Assembly (NCBI GenBank): GCA_008080735.1
Contig: SHMW01000025.1
Span: 12,398 to 47,791, forward strand
Reading direction: 5' to 3'
DNA from: Promethearchaeota archaeon
Lineage (GTDB): Archaea; Asgardarchaeota; Lokiarchaeia; Sigyniarchaeales; SOKP01
DNA length: 35,394 nucleotides
Shown: positions 29,327-35,394 of the stretch, piece by piece
Position numbering within the stretch: the first letter of the stretch is position 1
Layout of the letters: every line of letters starts with the position of its first letter
The notes under the pieces: generated by a model
What the model was told of the DNA's origin: nothing
Seen by the model: only the letters and a program-made list of their open reading frames with translations
Database searches by the model: none
Program-made: the position numbers and the translations under genes

Positions 29327-30097
29327 ATGCAAATTGTGTTTCATGAAAAATATTATAATAGCGATTACGCTATGGACCCAGCAGCAGACCAAGGAAGAAT
29401 CGAGAGCATTATGGATATAATCTCTAATAACAAGTTATATGAGATTATAACCCCCGAACCAGCGACAGAAGAGGACATTTTGAGAGCCCATACGAAACGC
29501 CATTTAGACTCGATAAAACGGGATTCTCTATTATATGAACTTGCTTCCTTAGCCGCGGGAGGAGCAATATTAGCCGCAGAAGAAGCGTATAAGGGAATTC
29601 CTACATTTGCCGTAATCCGCCCTCCCGGACACCACGCGTCTGCGGACTCTTGCTGGGGATTTTGCTATTTCAACAATATAAGTATTAGTCTATTGAAGCT
29701 ATACGCAGAAAGTAAAATAGATTCTGCCTTTGTGCTCGATTTTGATCTCCATACGGGAGACGGAAATATTAACATCCTTTCTAATAGAGAAGATGGGTTC
29801 AGTGTGAAAATTTTAAATCCCAGATCCGGAGAACGTGTCGCATATTTAAACGAAGTGAGAGAATATATGGAAAACTTAAATGATATTGATGTTTTTGTCG
29901 CCTCGGCGGGTTTTGATGAAGGTATAGAGGATTGGGGTCATAAATTATATCCCGAGGATTATACTCGCTTGGGAGAATTGATGAAAGACCATTCCGAGCG
30001 TATATGTGAAGGACGCCGTTATGCTTTATTAGAAGGGGGTTATAATCATTCTGTACTCGGAAAAAATGTTGATGCTTTCTGTCAAGGATTTCAATAG
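29327..30097 (+). CDS. Histone deacetylase / acetylpolyamine amidohydrolase family protein (compact)
   Basis: RPPGHHA, GFCYFNN, DFDLHTGDG, SAGFD and LEGGY. ATG 29327 follows AGGTGG. Confidence 0.9.
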   Translation: MQIVFHEKYYNSDYAMDPAADQGRIESIMDIISNNKLYEIITPEPATEEDILRAHTKRHLDSIKRDSLLYELASLAAGGAILAAEEAYKGIPTFAVIRPPGHHASADSCWGFCYFNNISISLLKLYAESKIDSAFVLDFDLHTGDGNINILSNREDGFSVKILNPRSGERVAYLNEVREYMENLNDIDVFVASAGFDEGIEDWGHKLYPEDYTRLGELMKDHSERICEGRRYALLEGGYNHSVLGKNVDAFCQGFQ

Positions 30098-30137
30098 AAA
30101 CAAGGAATATGGATAATTTTCAAAAAAAAAATTTTTC

Positions 30138-30665
30138 CTAAAGGTGGATCGTATCTTTTTCTTCCTCATGCTCATGGTCGCAAGATTCACAGCTAATACC
30201 GAGTTGGAAGGGATTTGGAACAGGGTCTGGCTCTAAATCGGTTTCTAAAACTTTCACTTCAAAGTGCAGGGCTTTTCCTGCTAAAGGAGGATTCATATCT
30301 ACTACAATATAGTCATCTTCGATAATTCTTACCCACCCAGGAGAGGTCATTCCATTCGGAGCAACCACCACAACTTGCTGTCCTAACTCTAACTCGTGAT
30401 CGCCTTTAAGATTTTTCTTTGGGATTTTTTCCACTAACAATGGATTAAATTCTCCATACGCCTCTTGCGGGGTGAGCCAAAATTCTTTTTCCTCACCTTT
30501 TTCCATCCCGATAAGGTTTTTTTCTAATTCAGGAAGGACTTGACCAGTTCCCAGCTGAATTTTTACCGATTCTCCATTCACTTTTTCGTTGGAACTAATT
30601 AAATTCCCCTTTTTATCTCTAAGCGTAAACATAATCTTAATTACATCTCCATCTTCTACTACCAT
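30138..30665 (-). CDS. slyD: FKBP-type peptidyl-prolyl isomerase, SlyD-like
   Basis: LTPQEAYGE, VDMNPPLAGKALHFEVKV and a Cys/His/acidic tail (CESCDHEHEEE). Confidence 0.88.
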   Translation of the reverse strand: MVVEDGDVIKIMFTLRDKKGNLISSNEKVNGESVKIQLGTGQVLPELEKNLIGMEKGEEKEFWLTPQEAYGEFNPLLVEKIPKKNLKGDHELELGQQVVVVAPNGMTSPGWVRIIEDDYIVVDMNPPLAGKALHFEVKVLETDLEPDPVPNPFQLGISCESCDHEHEEEKDTIHL

Positions 30666-30941
30666 TTTAATTTACCTCTATGATTTGATAAAACTTGATA
30701 GTATTAATATTGAGTCATAGTTTAATTTTAAAACGCTTATGAATTAAATAAAAAAGTCAAGCAAAATTTTTAGAAAGATAATAAAATATTTCGTGATGAT
30801 TGTAAAATATAAATTGGTAATTAGATTTAAACTGGAGTATATCTTCAGGGGAAATTTAAATTCTTGGCTTATGATTCTTGAATTGTCAGATAATCTGAAT
30901 ATTGAAAAAGAAAACAAAATAAAAAGATGATAATGTAGAGG

Positions 30942-32261
30942 TTAGATTTGAAAAAATGCTTCTTCAAATTCGGGTTTTCCTTTATATTTTTGCATAAACA
31001 ATAAAGGTGCTTTATCAATATTTTTATAGAAATATGAAGGAACTCGGATTCCCGCCATTTTTAATCCTTCTTTCAATTCATCAAGAGAAGGAGGACATCC
31101 CTTAATCGCAATTAATTCATTTATATTTGGATGATCTTTATTTTTTGTGTATTGACATTGTCCCAGCAAGATTGTCTTGTTCATCCCTTCTGTGGGTTCC
31201 ATTTCCTTTCCCGTAAGAACTTCGATATTATCATAAGCTTCACCCTTATAGGCAGTCTTTATAGCAGTTAAAATAATTCCGTTTAACATTGAGCAGAATG
31301 TGCACATGGATTCATCATACTTATGATATTTTATGCCTTCGATCCCTGCTTTGGCATATGGGAGTGGTAAAGTATCATTTTCTTTATAAACATAATCCCA
31401 TTCATGGGGTTTTGCTAAAACCTCGATCTTTTCTCCTTTTATTTCGATTTCTGATAAATCTGTTGTTCTATTTCGGTCTTTTGCTGCTTGGACGAGATGT
31501 GGAACGGCGGAAGGGTCAATATCTAGCAGGTTTGCTCCGACCAGATCGGCAGAGAGTATATCCCTTGATGCCACGAGTATATTACTTCGATGAGCTTTCC
31601 CATCCATCGCAGGTCCTCTTTCAAGTGTATATATTCCATCAATAATAACTAAAGTAGGAGGTATTTTATTAGCTAATTGGGCAACATTATAATGTAAATT
31701 CTGCTCTGGATCCGCGCTGTGAAACTTTTTCCGAGATGGAATATTGATGAGACCCTTGATATTTTTTAAGCCCAGACTGACAACACATTGTGCGTGAGTC
31801 TTTAAAACGGGTAAATCAATAAGAAAATCTGAATTAAGCATATCTGTATTCATCTTTACTGATAAATTGTCAGTAAGGTTTATTCGATCAAAAGGTCGTT
31901 CAAATGTATTATAGACCTTAATTCCATATTTCTCTTGCAGATCATAATATCCAAGATATTCAAATGCTTGTTTAGCAGTTTCCTTATCGTCCTTATCTTC
32001 AGTGATGATTCCTTCCCCGATAGTGATATCAGAAAATCCGCTTTCATACAGAATTCTTACCACATCTTCTACAACTCTGCTGGTGGTAATCATCCCCCAT
32101 TTTGGGAAATCACAATGGCGATTCCAATAAACAACATTAGGCTTAATGAATATTTTAGAATCATTGGGAATATCCTTTAAACCGTCGATCAGATCGATCG
32201 CTTTCTTTACAGATTCGTATGGTTCCTTATATTCAACAATAGAAACGTGATATTTTGACAT
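30942..32261 (-). CDS. DUF362 domain protein with C-terminal Cys motifs (putative Fe-S)
   Basis: IKPNVV, LPVLKTH, SLGLKNIKG and IIDGI. C-terminal CTFC, GQCQ and GCPP. Confidence 0.85.
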   Translation of the reverse strand: MSKYHVSIVEYKEPYESVKKAIDLIDGLKDIPNDSKIFIKPNVVYWNRHCDFPKWGMITTSRVVEDVVRILYESGFSDITIGEGIITEDKDDKETAKQAFEYLGYYDLQEKYGIKVYNTFERPFDRINLTDNLSVKMNTDMLNSDFLIDLPVLKTHAQCVVSLGLKNIKGLINIPSRKKFHSADPEQNLHYNVAQLANKIPPTLVIIDGIYTLERGPAMDGKAHRSNILVASRDILSADLVGANLLDIDPSAVPHLVQAAKDRNRTTDLSEIEIKGEKIEVLAKPHEWDYVYKENDTLPLPYAKAGIEGIKYHKYDESMCTFCSMLNGIILTAIKTAYKGEAYDNIEVLTGKEMEPTEGMNKTILLGQCQYTKNKDHPNINELIAIKGCPPSLDELKEGLKMAGIRVPSYFYKNIDKAPLLFMQKYKGKPEFEEAFFQI

Positions 32262-32488
32262 ATCTAATTCAAATCCAGAATTACTTCTTTAATAAATTAT
32301 TAAAATCTAGTTCTTAATAAAATTAAACTCATTTAATTTAATAATTGATATGGATTTAATATTTTTATTTTATGAGGATTGTTTAAATTTAACTCAGAGA
32401 TAGGAGTATTTTTTAAAATAAAGCGGTTTTATTCAAGATTATAAAAGTAAAAAATAAAGTGTTTAGAAATTAGTAAGAAAAAAGAGGT

Positions 32489-35371
32489 TCAGAAGATTAT
32501 ATCCTTTTTCCTCGCAGAATATTTAACGATTTCAAAGCCTACTATACATATTAATGAAATTAGAAAACATACCAACCAATCAAACCAAGTGAGGTACATA
32601 AACATAAAATTTATTCCAATCTCGGCTAAGGTTATTTGGACTCCCGGAATATAGATCAATAAAAGTAACACTGAAAATAGAAATCCTGTGATATAAACCA
32701 TTAATCGATTCCGATCTTCGATTAAGCTTTTTATTAAGCTTTTATTTGGGCGTCTAATTTGAAAAACTAAAAAAGTCTCACAAAAGAATAAAGTAATCAT
32801 TAACATAGTCAACGATTTTGTCCTAATTCGGGAAATCGGAGAATCCAAGAAATTAGAAGATGAGATATACAAATCATTTAATGCCCCAAATTCATAATTT
32901 TCTGGGTAAACAGGATATATTCCTAATATTGTAATGAAATAGACTAAGAGCATGGAAATAGCTAATAATATTCCAAAAGCAAATAGTAAGAGTATAGTAT
33001 TTTTAGACAATATCTCCTCAGAATTTCTTGGTCTTTCATTCATAACATCGCTGGAAAATTTATCAAATGTAAGGATAAATCCCGGAAATGTATGAAGTGT
33101 GATCGAAAGGAAAATCCACTGAAAGTAAAATTCTTCGGTTAAAAAATAGGGTAAATCAAGAATAACTGCTAAAATAAACTGAACTATTCCTTCAAATAAA
33201 TTGATACAAATATAGAAAAATACCACTGCGCGGATTTTGGAAAATATTCCCCTTCCTTGTTCTATCCCCTTCACTATGGAATTGAAAGAATCATCAGAAA
33301 TAACCATATCAGAGGCTTCCTTGGCTACATCCGTACCTTGTATCCCCATTGCCACGCCGACATCCGCCATATTTAACGCTAAGGAGTCATTCACACCATC
33401 CCCAGTCATCGCCACCACGCGATTTTCATCTTTATATCGTTTCACAATATTTTCTTTATGTTTAGGAGAAACGCGAGCAAACACCTTGACTCGATTAAAA
33501 TCATAAGAAGATTCAATTTCATTTACTTGTTTTCCTTCGATTACCATATCATTTTTATTATCAATAATCGAGATTTGCCGAGCTATCGCTTCTGCTGTTA
33601 TAGTAGAATCACCTGTAATCATTAAAACTTTTACACCCGCATTTTTGCATTGTTCTACAGAATCTTTCACTCCTTCTCTGGGAGGATCCAATATGGTCAC
33701 GAATCCCAAATACACCATATCAGATTCGAATTTGTCTCTATTATCTTCTGTTGGTTCTGGCATCATATAAAAATCTTTATAGCAAAGACTTAAAATTCTG
33801 TAGCCTTGCGAGGCATATTCTTTGATAATTGTTTGAACCTGGTTCTTCAACTCATTTGTAAATTCTTTTTCCGTCCCATTATAATATATTTGATTACACC
33901 GAGGGATTAAAATTTCGCTTGCTCCTTTTGTAAAGGAAAAGTTTTTTTCATCTCTTCGATAAATTTTCGTCATTCGTTTAATAGAAGAATCGAAAGGATA
34001 TTCCTTTACTAAGTCATATTCCTCGAGCATATAATCGCCCATAATTTTTTGGAATAATACGACTAACGCACCTTCCGTGGGGGAGCCAATAACTTTCCAA
34101 TTATCTACAACTTTGCTTTCCTTTCCCGCTGTTTCTATTTCAGATTTAACTAAAGCTGAATTATTATTTAAAAAGGCAGAAATTAGTAGTAATTTAAGAT
34201 GAGGATAATCTTCTATATGTTTTACATATTCGGTATGCTTTCCTTCCCCTATTTTTATAATTTCCCCTTCCGGAGTGTATCCACTTCCAGTTACTTTATA
34301 TTTAGAACCATTCGACCATATATGCTGCACGGACATCTGGTTTTTTGTTAGAGTCCCTGTTTTATCAGAACAAACTATGCTGACACGACCTAAACTGTCC
34401 ACAGATGCCAAATTCCGTATAATTACACCTTTATGGGCCATCGCAAGCACTCCAGTTAAGAGCACTATTGTGGTTAATAAAGGAATATTTATAGGAAGAA
34501 TGTCAAGCGCTGAATTCAAGCTTTTCACAATCTCAAAACTTTTGAAACCACTAGCAAAAAAGATAAAAAAGAGTGTGACCAGCCAGAAAATAATAACTGC
34601 AATCCCTAACCATTTTCCAAAATTATTCATCTTTTTCTGGATAGGGATTTCGGTTGTGCCCGCAGACTTTAGTCCTTCAGAGATTTTCCCAATCTCAGTA
34701 TCTCCTCCAGTTTTCACCGCAATTGCTCTTCCATTGCCCATAGTGATATAAGTTCCATAAAAGATCATATTTTCTCTTTCTTGAATGGATTTAGGTCCAT
34801 GAATTGCTTTACCTTCAGAATCTTTTTTCACAGGCTCACTCTCACCCGTCAATGATGCTTCATTCACTTCAAGATTTGTACCGCTCACAATTCTCGCATC
34901 TGCGGGGATTTTGTCCCCTTGATTAAGAACGAGTAATTCTCCTAATGCAACCTCTCTTGTTGGGATCTCAGTTTTTTTCCCTTCCCTTATCACGGTTGTT
35001 GTAGGGGCTGCGAGCTCCTTTAAAGCCTCAAGTTTTTTCTGAGCGCGATATTGTTGTATTATTGCAACTAAACAATTTAGAAGAACAATTCCAAGAGTAA
35101 GGGCAATAATTAGAAAATTACCTCTAAATCCTAATAAACTAGCTACTAATAAGATAAGTGCTCCAACTAAATAGATTACAATTAACCAGTTAAATAGAGG
35201 AGCTAAATAAATTTTCACAAAACTTCTCTTATACTTTGGAAGTTCATTATATCCAAACTTTTCCAGTCTTTGATTTGCCTCGTCTTGATTAAGACCAGAG
35301 TGGGGATTAGTATCAAGTTCTGCATACAAATTATTTAGTGTTAAATTATAGTAATTTTGATTTGTTTCCAT
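32489..35371 (-). CDS. P-type ATPase, type II-like scaffold with atypical transport site
   Basis: TGES, DKTGT, KGASE, DPPR, MITGD and TGDGVND are intact; about 10 TM. TM4 reads PINIP instead of PEGL. Confidence 0.93.
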   Translation of the reverse strand: METNQNYYNLTLNNLYAELDTNPHSGLNQDEANQRLEKFGYNELPKYKRSFVKIYLAPLFNWLIVIYLVGALILLVASLLGFRGNFLIIALTLGIVLLNCLVAIIQQYRAQKKLEALKELAAPTTTVIREGKKTEIPTREVALGELLVLNQGDKIPADARIVSGTNLEVNEASLTGESEPVKKDSEGKAIHGPKSIQERENMIFYGTYITMGNGRAIAVKTGGDTEIGKISEGLKSAGTTEIPIQKKMNNFGKWLGIAVIIFWLVTLFFIFFASGFKSFEIVKSLNSALDILPINIPLLTTIVLLTGVLAMAHKGVIIRNLASVDSLGRVSIVCSDKTGTLTKNQMSVQHIWSNGSKYKVTGSGYTPEGEIIKIGEGKHTEYVKHIEDYPHLKLLLISAFLNNNSALVKSEIETAGKESKVVDNWKVIGSPTEGALVVLFQKIMGDYMLEEYDLVKEYPFDSSIKRMTKIYRRDEKNFSFTKGASEILIPRCNQIYYNGTEKEFTNELKNQVQTIIKEYASQGYRILSLCYKDFYMMPEPTEDNRDKFESDMVYLGFVTILDPPREGVKDSVEQCKNAGVKVLMITGDSTITAEAIARQISIIDNKNDMVIEGKQVNEIESSYDFNRVKVFARVSPKHKENIVKRYKDENRVVAMTGDGVNDSLALNMADVGVAMGIQGTDVAKEASDMVISDDSFNSIVKGIEQGRGIFSKIRAVVFFYICINLFEGIVQFILAVILDLPYFLTEEFYFQWIFLSITLHTFPGFILTFDKFSSDVMNERPRNSEEILSKNTILLLFAFGILLAISMLLVYFITILGIYPVYPENYEFGALNDLYISSSNFLDSPISRIRTKSLTMLMITLFFCETFLVFQIRRPNKSLIKSLIEDRNRLMVYITGFLFSVLLLLIYIPGVQITLAEIGINFMFMYLTWFDWLVCFLISLICIVGFEIVKYSARKKDIIF

Positions 35372-35394
35372 AAAAATCTACTATAGTTTTTAAT

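Noticed and set aside
653-34751. Antisense or nested ORFs in the track (e.g. 653-943, 1920-2282, 13822-14172, 16048-16422, 27505-27873, 28700-29149, 31289-31645, 34275-34751)
   Set aside because: They are shadow frames of well-supported genes with no motifs of their own.
1-35394. CRISPR arrays, rRNA, transposases or integrases
   Set aside because: I saw no regularly spaced repeats, rRNA-like segment or recombinase motif, and no duplicated tRNA 3' end that would indicate an att site.

Overview
AT-rich archaeal chromosomal window, very likely from an Asgard archaeon (Lokiarchaeia/Promethearchaeota). The evidence is a Loki-CTERM-like IPGY-TM-basic tail, a Rab-like GTPase fused to a longin/uDENN-like domain, aSelB-like factor, Alba and UPF0147. 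Most genes are housekeeping or metabolic: PEP synthase, nitroreductase, M20 amidohydrolase, DEAD helicase, glycyl-radical enzyme, PAS histidine kinase, IlvA, HDAC-family protein, SlyD, DUF362 and a P-type ATPase. There is also a Ku plus ATP-dependent ligase (NHEJ) pair. Main finding: a cold-shock protein gene missed by the ORF track (18780-19075) is interrupted by a 29-nt insert that folds into an archaeal bulge-helix-bulge/loop (BHB/BHL) splicing motif. Cutting at the standard splicing-endonuclease positions removes 18818-18846 and exactly restores KWFNNRKGYGFI. This suggests a tRNA-type intron in an mRNA, possibly a regulated splicing switch. A tRNA-Pro(CGG) in the same window carries two non-canonical introns of the same size and geometry (31 and 30 nt). 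All folds and family calls were made by eye; no searches were run.
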